NCBI GenBank assembly: GCA_023245895.1
Contig: JAHFJJ010000003.1
Location: 11,343 to 75,342, forward strand
Source of the DNA: Candidatus Doudnabacteria bacterium
GTDB lineage: Bacteria; Patescibacteriota; Doudnabacteria; UBA920
DNA: 64,000 nucleotides
Reading direction: 5' to 3'
Shown here: positions 44,768-53,631 of the stretch, piece by piece
Position numbering within the stretch: the stretch's first letter is position 1
Layout: each line of letters begins with the position of its first letter
Translations under genes and position numbers: made by a program
Notes under the pieces: generated by a model
What the model was told of the DNA's origin: nothing
The model's database searches: none
What the model saw: the letters and a program-made list of their open reading frames with translations, nothing else

Positions 44768-45610
44768 CTAAAATGTCCTATTCTTCCCCACTATCATCCT
44801 TAATCTTTGGGGGATAATTTCTACTGTGGCCGGGAATTTGGCTACGACGCGGCCGAGCATGGTTAGGGGCAGGCCCAGCGGCTCTAGGAATTCAATTTTT
44901 TTGCATTTTATAACCGTGGTGTTGGGGACTTTTTCCAGCACGCCGTCGGCAATGGCTTTTTTGTGGGCCAGCACCTGCATTTTTCCCATGCGTTCTAAAA
45001 TTAGCAAATCCAAGCTGCCGTCCGTGGGGTTGGCGATTTTTTCGCTTTGGTTGGACTTGGCGCGGATGTTGGCCACCAGCCCGCCCAGCCCGTTTATGTT
45101 TACGCTGTAGGAGTCGTCTATCCTAATAGAGAAAGCTTTGGCTTCGGAAGAGAGCAGTTTTAAGCTTTGCCACAGGCCCGCCTCTTTAAGCCTGTGGGAC
45201 ATAACGCCGAATTCCAGGAAGCTGATAAAGTAGTTGTCGGCAATTTTTGCCAGGTCTATTTTTTCCACTCGCCTGCCTGCCACGGTTTTTACGCCGGCAA
45301 AAACATTTTCAATGCCTAAAATTTTTGCCAGGACGGAATTTTCGTCAAAAGGAATGAAGCCCAAAGTAAAATCCCGGCCCTTTAAAGCCGCGAGCATTTG
45401 GTTAAAGGTGTCGTCGTTGCCGCAGGCCACTAAAGTTTTGGCGCCGCGCTGGCTGGCCATGTCAACCAGTTCCTGCACGCCCCTTAAGGGGGTGACGCGC
45501 GAAATTTCGCCGGCCACTTTAAATTCGGCCAGCAGGCCCGAAAGTTCGGTCTGCAGCTTTTCAAACTTATCCACGGCCAGGGAGTTTTGGTCTACGATAT
45601 AATAGTGCAA
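44768..45610 (-). CDS. Diacylglycerol/lipid kinase catalytic domain protein (YegS/BmrU-like)
   Basis: N-terminal DAGK_cat-like region with a divergent GGDGT motif (ACGNDDT). Confidence 0.45.
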   Translation of the reverse strand: MHYYIVDQNSLAVDKFEKLQTELSGLLAEFKVAGEISRVTPLRGVQELVDMASQRGAKTLVACGNDDTFNQMLAALKGRDFTLGFIPFDENSVLAKILGIENVFAGVKTVAGRRVEKIDLAKIADNYFISFLEFGVMSHRLKEAGLWQSLKLLSSEAKAFSIRIDDSYSVNINGLGGLVANIRAKSNQSEKIANPTDGSLDLLILERMGKMQVLAHKKAIADGVLEKVPNTTVIKCKKIEFLEPLGLPLTMLGRVVAKFPATVEIIPQRLRMIVGKNRTF

Positions 45611-45716
45611 TTGGGGTAATTGACAACTAATAATTAATAACCCATAACCGATGCAAATATAACTGATGTGGTTGTTTTGTTATCAGTTATAAATTATCAA
45701 TTATGAGTTAGTCTTT

Positions 45717-46136
45717 CTATTCCGGTTCTACTTCCGTCGCGGCTTTCTTGCCATTGCCGTTGCTTGCGCCCATTACGCATTTGCCGGAAAATTGGGCGCC
45801 GTCTTCCACCCTTAAGACGCTGCAGGTAATGTCGCCCAAAATTTTTGCCGTGCCCTGGAGTACCAAATGGCCGGAAATTTTTAAATTGCCCTGGACTTCA
45901 CCGCCGACCATGGCGTTGCCGGCCATTACGTCGGCCATTATTTTGGCGCCGGGAATGACAAACACGCTCTGGCTGGTTTTAACCTTACCGGTTACCTGGC
46001 CTTCAATTTTTATGTTACCTTCGCTGTTTAAATCCCCCTGGATTTTAACGCTGGGCCCGACTACAGTTTCGGCCTGGGCGTTTAAGTCGTTGTCTAAAAG
46101 TTTGTCCATACCTAGTATATCAACTTTCAATTCCAA
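45717..46136 (-). CDS. Bactofilin (polymer-forming cytoskeletal protein)
   Basis: Repetitive beta-helical G-rich repeats (GxxxIxGxVxG) characteristic of the bactofilin/DUF583 family. Confidence 0.65.
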   Translation of the reverse strand: MELKVDILGMDKLLDNDLNAQAETVVGPSVKIQGDLNSEGNIKIEGQVTGKVKTSQSVFVIPGAKIMADVMAGNAMVGGEVQGNLKISGHLVLQGTAKILGDITCSVLRVEDGAQFSGKCVMGASNGNGKKAATEVEPE

Positions 46137-46466
46137 ACGCCTTTTGGCGAATGGGATTTGTTAATGGTAGTTATCAAATAAGTTTTATATTTTATTCCGG
46201 CTGTTGAGGCGTTTGGCAACCCAGCCCTTTTTATAGCGGCGTAATTTTTAAATAAATAATTTATGGAATTTTACCGAATATAGTTTTGATAAAAACTGGG
46301 GCTGGGTATTGAAAGTTGTATTACTAGGCATAAATGTTAGGTTGTCTGATAGTATTAGCTATCTTAGTTGGTAAAATTGTAAAATTTTTAATAAATGCCT
46401 GTTCTATAAGAACCAAGATCACAAGCACCAAGAACCAAAGAAATTCCAAGTTTAAAATTTAAATAT

Positions 46467-47012
46467 TCAAATCTTGGATCTTTTTTGGTTCTTGATTCTT
46501 GGTTCTTGACTCTTTTCATTAGTCATGTCCTGCAGCGTGTCCAAGAATCTGTCGTGCGCGATTTCCACGGCCTTTACTTCTTCTTCCGTAAGCTGGTTTT
46601 CAGATTTTCCGCCGTCAATCTTTTTTGTGTAAATCCGGTTTTGCTGGCGCCCATGCATACTGGTTAATATCAGCCCGTTGTTATGTTGGTCAAGCAGGGC
46701 CAGGGTAAAACTAAAATTTCCGCCGCCGTCATCAAATGGGTTAAAGCGCACCAGTCCGACTTTTTGCACGGCAAAACCAAATTGGTGCCTTAAATCGGAC
46801 AGTTCTTTTTCCAAAATTTCCTGCTGGCCGCGTCCGCTTTTCAGTTCTTGCTCCAGGCGCATTATTACGCTTTCCAAATCCAGCGCTCGGGAGCCGGCAA
46901 AAAATACGCTTCTTAATTTGTTCAATGAGCTTATTTGCCAGAGGCAATACCCCCCTGCCAAAAGGGCTAAAAGACTTAAAATTAGGCTGGCTGTGTTAAA
47001 TTGGGAGTTCAT
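46467..47012 (-). CDS. Hypothetical membrane-anchored protein (DUF4446-like)
   Basis: N-terminal TM helix then coiled-coil. Assignment by general resemblance only. Confidence 0.35.
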   Translation of the reverse strand: MNSQFNTASLILSLLALLAGGYCLWQISSLNKLRSVFFAGSRALDLESVIMRLEQELKSGRGQQEILEKELSDLRHQFGFAVQKVGLVRFNPFDDGGGNFSFTLALLDQHNNGLILTSMHGRQQNRIYTKKIDGGKSENQLTEEEVKAVEIAHDRFLDTLQDMTNEKSQEPRIKNQKRSKI

Positions 47013-47195
47013 GGCTAGACCATTGTAGCATTAGTTAGAGGTTGCTTTCAAATCATAAAAAATGCTATAGTTTTAGTATAAAGTTGTTGGTTGTGGCGGC
47101 CAGTATGGTTGTAAGGCAAAAGTAATAAGTAACTTACAACTACTTACCAATAACTACCCCGGCCGCCAAAACTAATAACCATAACTATTAATTTT

Positions 47196-47405
47196 ATGTC
47201 CAAAAAGCACAAAAAACCAATTTATATAACCGGCCATCCGGGTGCCACTCTTTCCCACGAAACGGAATATAGAGTAATAAAAATGGATTTGGTTAAGGTG
47301 GTGATTTTAAATGCCTTTTATTTGGCGACCATTTTAACCCTCTATTATTACAACAAACAGTCGCACTTCTTGGATAACTGGTTTGCTAAGGTACTGCATT
47401 TTTAG
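47196..47405 (+). CDS. Hypothetical small membrane protein
   Basis: 69 aa, one TM helix. Confidence 0.3.
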   Translation: MSKKHKKPIYITGHPGATLSHETEYRVIKMDLVKVVILNAFYLATILTLYYYNKQSHFLDNWFAKVLHF

Positions 47406-47427
47406 GCCGATGATCTAACTTGAACCT

Positions 47428-47480
47428 GTAGCGTGCCGATTTATCGGTGACTTAAGGACGCCCATAAATGGGCACGCTAC
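47428..47480. repeat. Family C structured palindromic repeat, copy 3 (inverted orientation)
   Basis: gtagcgtgccgatttatcggtgacttaaggacgcccataaatgggcacgctac. Confidence 0.8.
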
Positions 47481-47559
47481 GCAGATGCCCTTCCCATAAG
47501 GAAGGGTTTTGTCATATATGGTATAAAATTCTCTAAATTGTTGACCAAAAGCTGTTTAT

Positions 47560-49113
47560 TTGTTAAAATTAATAAACAATATACCATGTATGATTAAATC
47601 AACTGTTAAAGACCAGGAAAGAATAGGCCAGTTTATTAGCGAACTTAGGGAATTAAAAGGCTTTACCCAAAGTGATTTTGCCAAAGCACTAAAAACCAGC
47701 CAGTCGGCCGTAGCCAGGATGGAACAGGGGCGGCAAAATTTAACCACGGAAATGCTGGCTAAAATAAGCGGCGTGTTAAATCATGAGATAATTACTCTGG
47801 CTGACAAATCGGTCAACTTTAAAATACAAGGCGGACATAAGCTGTCCGGGAAAGTAATTATCAACTCCTCCAAAAACGCGGCGGTTGCCCTGCTCTGTGC
47901 CTCTCTTTTGAATAAAGGCAAAACAGTATTTAAGAATGTGCCTAAAATAGAGGAAGTCCATCGCGTAATAGAAGTGTTAGCCAGCATAGGCGTAAGCATT
48001 AAATGGCACGGTAGTGATGTAGAAATTGTCCCGGGTAAAATCAGCCTTAATAAAATAGACAAAGACGCGGCCGTAAAGACCCGTAGTGTGCTTATGCTTT
48101 TGGGCCCGCTTTCCCATCTTCTTAAAAATTTTAACCTTCCTTTGGCTGGCGGCTGTAAATTGGGCGAAAGGACAGTAAGGCCGCATTTGTTCGCTTTGGA
48201 AAAATTGGGGGTAAGGATAAAAACCAGCCACGACCACTATCAAGTAACCTCTACGAAGCTTCAGCCGGCGGAAGTTGTCCTTTACGAAATGGGCGATACA
48301 GTTACCGAAAATGCTTTAATGGCTGCGGCTAAGATATCCGGGGTTACAACTATCAAACTGGCATCAGCTAACTATATGGTTCAGGACATGTGCCATTTTT
48401 TGGTTTCCTTGGGAGTTAAGATAGAAGGCATTGGCACATCTACCTTAAAAGTCCACGGCAAGCCTAATATTAACCAGCGCGCGGTTTTTTATTTAAGTGA
48501 AGACCCCATTGAGGCCATGCTGTTTTTGTCTTTGGCCGCTACGACTAATTCTTCCATTACCATAGAAAGATGCCCTATAGATTTCCTTGAGCTGGAATTG
48601 TTAAAGCTTGAAAAGATGGGTTTTAAATACCAAATTACCAAACGCTATAAAAGCCATAATGGCGTTACAAATTTGGTAGACATTAAGACTCTGCCTTCCA
48701 AACTTACGGCTTTAGAAGAAAAAATCCATCCGCTCACATCATCTGCCGGCATAAATATAGACAACCTCCCCTTCTTTGTCCCCATTGCCACCCAGGCTAA
48801 GGGCACAACTTTAATCCACGATTGGGTTTACGAAAACCGCGCCATCTACTATCTTGAACTAAATAAACTTCGCGCCAATGTTATTCTGGCCGACGCCCAC
48901 AGGGTCTATGTAGAAGGCGTAAGCGAACTTCGCGGCGCCGAAGTCATTTGCCCTCCCGCCCTTAGGCCCGCCGCTATTATTTTAATAGCAATGCTGGCGG
49001 CTAAAGGCACATCTGTCTTGCGCAATGTTTACTCTATTAATAGAGGTTACGAAAATTTGGTCCAACGTTTAAAAAGTTTGGGCGCTAAAATAGAAATGAT
49101 ACACAGCATATAA
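47560..49113 (+). CDS. murA: UDP-N-acetylglucosamine 1-carboxyvinyltransferase with N-terminal XRE-type HTH domain
   Basis: Residues ~10-65 form an HTH (GFTQSDFAKALKTSQSAVARMEQG). The remainder has the MurA/EPSP-synthase fold. Confidence 0.75.
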   Translation: MLKLINNIPCMIKSTVKDQERIGQFISELRELKGFTQSDFAKALKTSQSAVARMEQGRQNLTTEMLAKISGVLNHEIITLADKSVNFKIQGGHKLSGKVIINSSKNAAVALLCASLLNKGKTVFKNVPKIEEVHRVIEVLASIGVSIKWHGSDVEIVPGKISLNKIDKDAAVKTRSVLMLLGPLSHLLKNFNLPLAGGCKLGERTVRPHLFALEKLGVRIKTSHDHYQVTSTKLQPAEVVLYEMGDTVTENALMAAAKISGVTTIKLASANYMVQDMCHFLVSLGVKIEGIGTSTLKVHGKPNINQRAVFYLSEDPIEAMLFLSLAATTNSSITIERCPIDFLELELLKLEKMGFKYQITKRYKSHNGVTNLVDIKTLPSKLTALEEKIHPLTSSAGINIDNLPFFVPIATQAKGTTLIHDWVYENRAIYYLELNKLRANVILADAHRVYVEGVSELRGAEVICPPALRPAAIILIAMLAAKGTSVLRNVYSINRGYENLVQRLKSLGAKIEMIHSI

Positions 49114-49144
49114 TTTTTTGACTTTAACATTTTTTTGAGCTAAT

Positions 49145-49405
49145 ATGAAAGTAGATATGGACTATGGACTCACCAACCATGCCCGACAAAGGATAAAAGA
49201 ACGTAATATTTCAATTAAGCTGGTAGAGGAAGCTGTCTCCAACCCAACCAAAATTTCAGTAGACTCAAAAGGGGTTTTAATACTTAAGAAAGCAGTTTTA
49301 ATTAAAGGTAAACGCAGGCTATTGCTTATAGCCGGACAAGTTCGGGAAAACAAATTTAAAATTTTTACGATTATTGATACGTCTAAAGTAAAAAAGTACT
49401 TATGA
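49145..49405 (+). CDS. DUF4258 domain protein (toxin-like component of DUF4258/DUF2283 pair)
   Basis: LTNHARQRIKERNIS N-terminal motif typical of DUF4258. Confidence 0.5.
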   Translation: MKVDMDYGLTNHARQRIKERNISIKLVEEAVSNPTKISVDSKGVLILKKAVLIKGKRRLLLIAGQVRENKFKIFTIIDTSKVKKYL

Positions 49406-49632
49406 AGAAACAACAGGCAAAAATTATATATGACAAGGAGAGTCAGGTGTTGTCTTGGCAGCTTCAGGCCGGCAAGAGCGTAGACAGCGACATTGACGAC
49501 AATGTGGTTATTGACTATGGCAAAAACGGCAAAATTATGAGAATCAATTTTTACAATTTTAGCTTGGAAAATTTTAAAAAACATAAAGCTAATTTTAAAC
49601 AGTTGCACAATTTAGCTTTGCAGGTGAGATAA
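49402..49632 (+). CDS. DUF2283 domain protein (antitoxin-like partner)
   Basis: 76 aa. 4-bp overlap with the upstream DUF4258 gene. Pattern VVIDYGKNGKIMRIN typical of DUF2283. Confidence 0.5.
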   Translation: MKKQQAKIIYDKESQVLSWQLQAGKSVDSDIDDNVVIDYGKNGKIMRINFYNFSLENFKKHKANFKQLHNLALQVR

Positions 49633-49640
49633 ATAAACCG

Positions 49641-49710
49641 CGGCTACGAAAAATGTGGTGCAAAGGCTGAAAAGTTTAGGCGCGAAGATAGAGATGATAC
49701 ATAGCATATA
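49641..49710 (+). pseudogene. Duplicated remnant of the murA 3' end (encodes ...VVQRLKSLGAKIEMIHSI*)
   Basis: ~80% nucleotide identity to 49046-49113, the real murA terminus. Lies immediately after the DUF4258/DUF2283 pair. Confidence 0.7.
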
Positions 49711-49784
49711 AATAAAAAAAGAAAGGCACTCCGTGTGGGGTGCCTTTTTGAATTTGGCCTGTATTTAGCGTTGTTGTTGGCGAA

Positions 49785-50156
49785 TTACGTAGATTTATGA
49801 GGAGGGGCAAGCCTTAGCCCTCTCCTGAAAACCCACTGGCGCGCTGCTTCTTCGCTCGGAAGGCCGAGAATGGTCGCGAGATCCTTGCCTGAAATGCCGT
49901 TGCCGATAATTTTGACTACAGTTTTCAGCGCGAGACCGTCCAGTATTTCATTTAAGCCTGTGGCCTGGATTTTCTCACCGTCACGGAACAGGCTGGCAAT
50001 AAGCGTGGCTATGGCCTCGAGCCTTTCTTCCGCAGAAGAAGCTTCCATTGCCTTTTGAAGCTTTGTAACAGTCAGCAGTTCCTGGTACCGACTGTCTGCT
50101 AGCCGTAAAGCGGCTCGGAGCTCGTTCAGTATGTCGTCTACAGTCCTGGTTGCCAT
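49785..50156 (-). CDS. Hypothetical protein (possible HTH near C-terminus)
   Basis: GC-rich 123-aa ORF. No clear domain. Confidence 0.35.
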   Translation of the reverse strand: MATRTVDDILNELRAALRLADSRYQELLTVTKLQKAMEASSAEERLEAIATLIASLFRDGEKIQATGLNEILDGLALKTVVKIIGNGISGKDLATILGLPSEEAARQWVFRRGLRLAPPHKST

Positions 50157-50358
50157 TGTGTCCTCCTAGTACTAATGGTGTTTTGGTTTTTTTAAGGCGC
50201 TCTTTTAGGTAAATATTTTAACAACCGGCCTAAATGAAGCCTTTAAATGTATCATGAAAATCGTTCCGTGTCAAAGGACAGCAGAAAGGTTTTTCTAATA
50301 AGCAATCCTGGATTTTTAGTCCGGGGTGTTTCCTGTTTGCATGGCCGGACGCCTTAGG

Positions 50359-50760
50359 TCAGATTTTTTTGATTATGATTCGAAATTCTTTTTCCTCCGT
50401 TTGAAAATTTTCTTCCGTCACGAAAAAGATGTTAGTTTTTTCGTCGTTTTCTTTAAATGAGAGAATGCCAAACGGGGAATAAAATCTTTCATGGGCCAAG
50501 ATGACCAGAATTTTAAAATGTCCGTGGTCGCCGCCCGCCTGGTAGTGGAAAGATCCAGTCGTCAGGTTGATGCTAAAGCTGACCCAAAAGCAATTTTCAT
50601 TTCCGGCATTTTTACTCTCGATTTCCATCAAATCTAGGAAAGGCAGTATAGTGTATTCGCAAGTATTGAAAGGAACGTCGGGCAGCACCTTAACCGCCTC
50701 CATTGCCACCATAATGGCGTACAAGACCTCTGCGCTGAAACTGGCTCCCTGAGTTTGCAT
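50359..50760 (-). CDS. Hypothetical protein
   Basis: 133 aa. No recognisable domain. Confidence 0.35.
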   Translation of the reverse strand: MQTQGASFSAEVLYAIMVAMEAVKVLPDVPFNTCEYTILPFLDLMEIESKNAGNENCFWVSFSINLTTGSFHYQAGGDHGHFKILVILAHERFYSPFGILSFKENDEKTNIFFVTEENFQTEEKEFRIIIKKI

Positions 50761-50949
50761 TTGTCCTCCTGTGGTATAGTGGTTTGGGTTTTTGTTTTAA
50801 CTTGATATATTAACATAAATATTTACTATTGTCAATAATTAACGTCAATTTTATAGTATTAATTTGCTTTAAATAAAGCCAAATTTATATATTTTAATAT
50901 TTTGTCGAAAGTTATTGACACAATCTGAATAATCATATATAATAGGAAT

Positions 50950-51738
50950 ATGATTAAAATAGATTCGCCAATTTATAGGAGCCTGGTAGGTTTAGGCCTT
51001 TCCGAAAAAGAGGCTGGGGTTTATTTGGCTTTGTTGGAACTTGGAAAGCGTACCGTGTCGCCTATTGCAAGGTCTTCAAATATAAACCGCACAACGGTTT
51101 ATGATATTCTTTCTTCCTTGACTGCCAAAGGTTTGGTGAGCGTTTCGGGCAAGGAGCCTTTGCAGGAGTACGTGGCTGAATCGCCGGACAAGATTTTAGA
51201 TTTGGTAAAGTTAGAAATAGAAAAAAAACAGAAAGATTTAAAACAAGCCGAAGGGGTTATTCCTGAGCTTAAGTCCATGCATAATGTTGCCGACAGGCCC
51301 AAAGTAAGATTTTATGAAGGCACGGCAGGAGTGGAGGAAGTTTACGAGGACACGCTTACTTCGCATGAAACCATAAGGGCTTACGCGAATGTAAATGAAA
51401 TGCACGCGGCCCTGCCCGATTACTTCCCAAAGTATTATAAACGCAGGACTAACAAAGGCATACACATTCGCGCAATTATCCCTTCCAATGAAGCGGGTAA
51501 GGAGCGGGCTGATAAAGATAAAGAAGAAGCGCGCGAATCCGCTTTGGTGCCGGAAAATAAAGTCTACTTTTCTCCGGAAATAAATATTTACGACAACAAA
51601 GTTATGATAGCTTCCTGGAAAGAAAAATTGGGTATTATTATAGAAAGCAAGGAAATTGCCGAAGCCATGAAAACCATTTACGAACTTGCCTGGAAAGAAT
51701 CTAAACGTTTGGAAAAAGAAAATAATTTGGTGCTATAA
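50950..51738 (+). CDS. TrmB family transcriptional regulator (paralog of 43465-44238)
   Basis: N-terminal wHTH (LGLSEKEAGVYLALLELGKRTVSPIARSS) similar to the other TrmB-like gene. Confidence 0.6.
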   Translation: MIKIDSPIYRSLVGLGLSEKEAGVYLALLELGKRTVSPIARSSNINRTTVYDILSSLTAKGLVSVSGKEPLQEYVAESPDKILDLVKLEIEKKQKDLKQAEGVIPELKSMHNVADRPKVRFYEGTAGVEEVYEDTLTSHETIRAYANVNEMHAALPDYFPKYYKRRTNKGIHIRAIIPSNEAGKERADKDKEEARESALVPENKVYFSPEINIYDNKVMIASWKEKLGIIIESKEIAEAMKTIYELAWKESKRLEKENNLVL

Positions 51739-51939
51739 TTAAAGCATGCCCGGTAATACAGCATTCAATAAGCTCTGCCTGCGGTAGCTACTCGTATTGA
51801 GCGAAAAGGTATTGTCGTTTTAAAGCAAGTTTTTCTATAAAGTTAAGCAGAGCTTGTCAAACGGGTTTAAAGAGTTCCTCATCTTTTAGTAACTAAAATT
51901 TTATTATAATTAAATTCTTTTCAAACATTTAAAAAACGT

Positions 51940-52719
51940 TTGGAATTGAATGTTGATATACCGGGCATGAAACCCACACATCCATCTCATCACGTCCGCC
52001 ATATGGGCATTGGCACCGGAGTCTACAAGAGCCTGGGTCATTTGGTTTTGACTTTGGTAATTGTGGTTTTGCCATTTTTGTTTTTCCTGTTGTTTTCCAA
52101 AGCGGCTAAGCTGGCCACGGGAGAGTTGTTTGCCGATGTTTTTATTTCCGTGGGACGTTTGTTTTTTGCTTACGCCATTGCGGCGGGTTTAGGCTGGCTG
52201 TTGGCCGTAAGTTTTTACCATGGCAGGCGCGCCTCGGTTGCTTTGCCGGTGTTTGATGTCTTGCAGAGTTTTCCCACTTTTGCCCTTTTGCCTCTGGTTA
52301 CTTTGCTTTGGGGCAAGAGCGAGCTGACCATTGTTTTCTTTTTGGTTATTACCATTATTTGGCCAATATTTTTTACAGTCGTGTCACAGCTCAAGCTTTT
52401 AAAGTCCGAATGGCAGGAAGTAGTTACGGTATACGGGCTTTCAGGAAAGGATTATTTAAAATATTATTTGTGGCCTGCATCGCTCCCCGGGCTTATTACC
52501 GGTTCCATTATTGGTTTGGGTGAAGGCTGGGAAGCGTTGGTGGCTACGGAAATTATTGTTAACCACCCTGTTGGCTTGGGCAGTTTTTTTCAAAATAATT
52601 CTTTACACCCCGTTCTGACCGCGGTGGGCATTTTTGGCCTTCTGCTTTTAATTTTTTGCGTTAACAAGCTAATTTGGTTGCCGCTTTTGGAATGGAGCCA
52701 TAAGAGGAGCGAGGAGTAG
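51940..52719 (+). CDS. ABC transporter permease (NitT/TauT-type binding-protein-dependent family)
   Basis: Six TM helices and an EAA-like loop. Followed by the ATPase gene. Confidence 0.6.
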   Translation: MELNVDIPGMKPTHPSHHVRHMGIGTGVYKSLGHLVLTLVIVVLPFLFFLLFSKAAKLATGELFADVFISVGRLFFAYAIAAGLGWLLAVSFYHGRRASVALPVFDVLQSFPTFALLPLVTLLWGKSELTIVFFLVITIIWPIFFTVVSQLKLLKSEWQEVVTVYGLSGKDYLKYYLWPASLPGLITGSIIGLGEGWEALVATEIIVNHPVGLGSFFQNNSLHPVLTAVGIFGLLLLIFCVNKLIWLPLLEWSHKRSEE

Positions 52720-52724
52720 CCATA

Positions 52725-52761
52725 CAAGGGGAATCCTTGCGCAGCGCAAGGATTCCCCTTG
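52725..52761. repeat. Family D 37-bp perfect hairpin, copy 2, between permease and ATPase genes
   Basis: caaggggaatccttgcgcagcgcaaggattccccttg. Confidence 0.75.
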
Positions 52762-52773
52762 TAGATAAAGTAT

Positions 52774-53514
52774 ATGGACACCGCAATCAGTGTAAAAAAC
52801 CTATATAAATCTTTCCAAAATTTTGCCGGTAAAAAGCAGGAAGTTTTGGCGGATATTAATTTGGAAATCCCGCAGGGCGAATTTTTTGTCTTGCTGGGTC
52901 CTTCCGGTTGCGGCAAGTCCACCTTGCTTAGGATTATGACCGGCCTGGATAAAGATTTCCGTGGCGAACTTTCTTACTCTAAGGGCTTTAAAGCAGAAGA
53001 CATAAGTTTTGTTTTCCAACAATTCGCGCTGTTGCCCTGGCTGACGGTGGAACAAAATGTAGGCTTAGGGTTGGTGGCCAGGAAGTTTCCTGAAAATGAA
53101 ATCCGTAAAATTGTAACTGACCAGCTAAAGGCTTTCAGTCTGGAAAAATACAGCAACCACTATCCTAAAGAACTATCGGGCGGGCAAAAACAGCGCGTGG
53201 GTTTGGCTCGCGCTTTTGCCACATCGCCTAAGCTTTTATTTATGGATGAGCCTTTTTCCGCCCTGGACAGTTTTATTGCCAAAGAACTCCGCGAAGAGCT
53301 TTTGCGCGTCTGGCAGGAAAGCAGACCTACGGTAATTATGGTAACCCACAACATTAACGAAGCCATTGAGCTCGGCGACCGCATTGCGGTTATGTCTTCC
53401 CGCCCCGGCAAAATAGAAAAAATTGTCCACAACTCCCTCGCCCGCCCCCGTCCAATGCGCGGCACACAGGTTTTTGAAATGGAAGATGAGTTATATAAAT
53501 TGGTTAAGCCATAG
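52774..53514 (+). CDS. ABC transporter ATP-binding protein (NitT/TauT family)
   Basis: Walker A GPSGCGKST, signature LSGGQKQRV, Walker B LLFMDEP. Confidence 0.8.
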   Translation: MDTAISVKNLYKSFQNFAGKKQEVLADINLEIPQGEFFVLLGPSGCGKSTLLRIMTGLDKDFRGELSYSKGFKAEDISFVFQQFALLPWLTVEQNVGLGLVARKFPENEIRKIVTDQLKAFSLEKYSNHYPKELSGGQKQRVGLARAFATSPKLLFMDEPFSALDSFIAKELREELLRVWQESRPTVIMVTHNINEAIELGDRIAVMSSRPGKIEKIVHNSLARPRPMRGTQVFEMEDELYKLVKP

Positions 53515-53631
53515 TAAATAACCCGGTAACTATTCCCGCCAGAGGCGGACAGGCGCGCGAATGGTTACTGGGTTAAAATAAAACCCTCCCCCCGCCAACT
53601 GGCAGAGGAGGGTTTTAGTTCTCTAGGTGAT

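Noticed and set aside
46404-46510. aagaaccaaga... imperfect inverted repeats around the 3' end of CDS 46467-47012
   Set aside because: The arms are short and imperfect. One arm is coding (KNQKRSK), so it is probably fortuitous. Kept only as a low-priority note.
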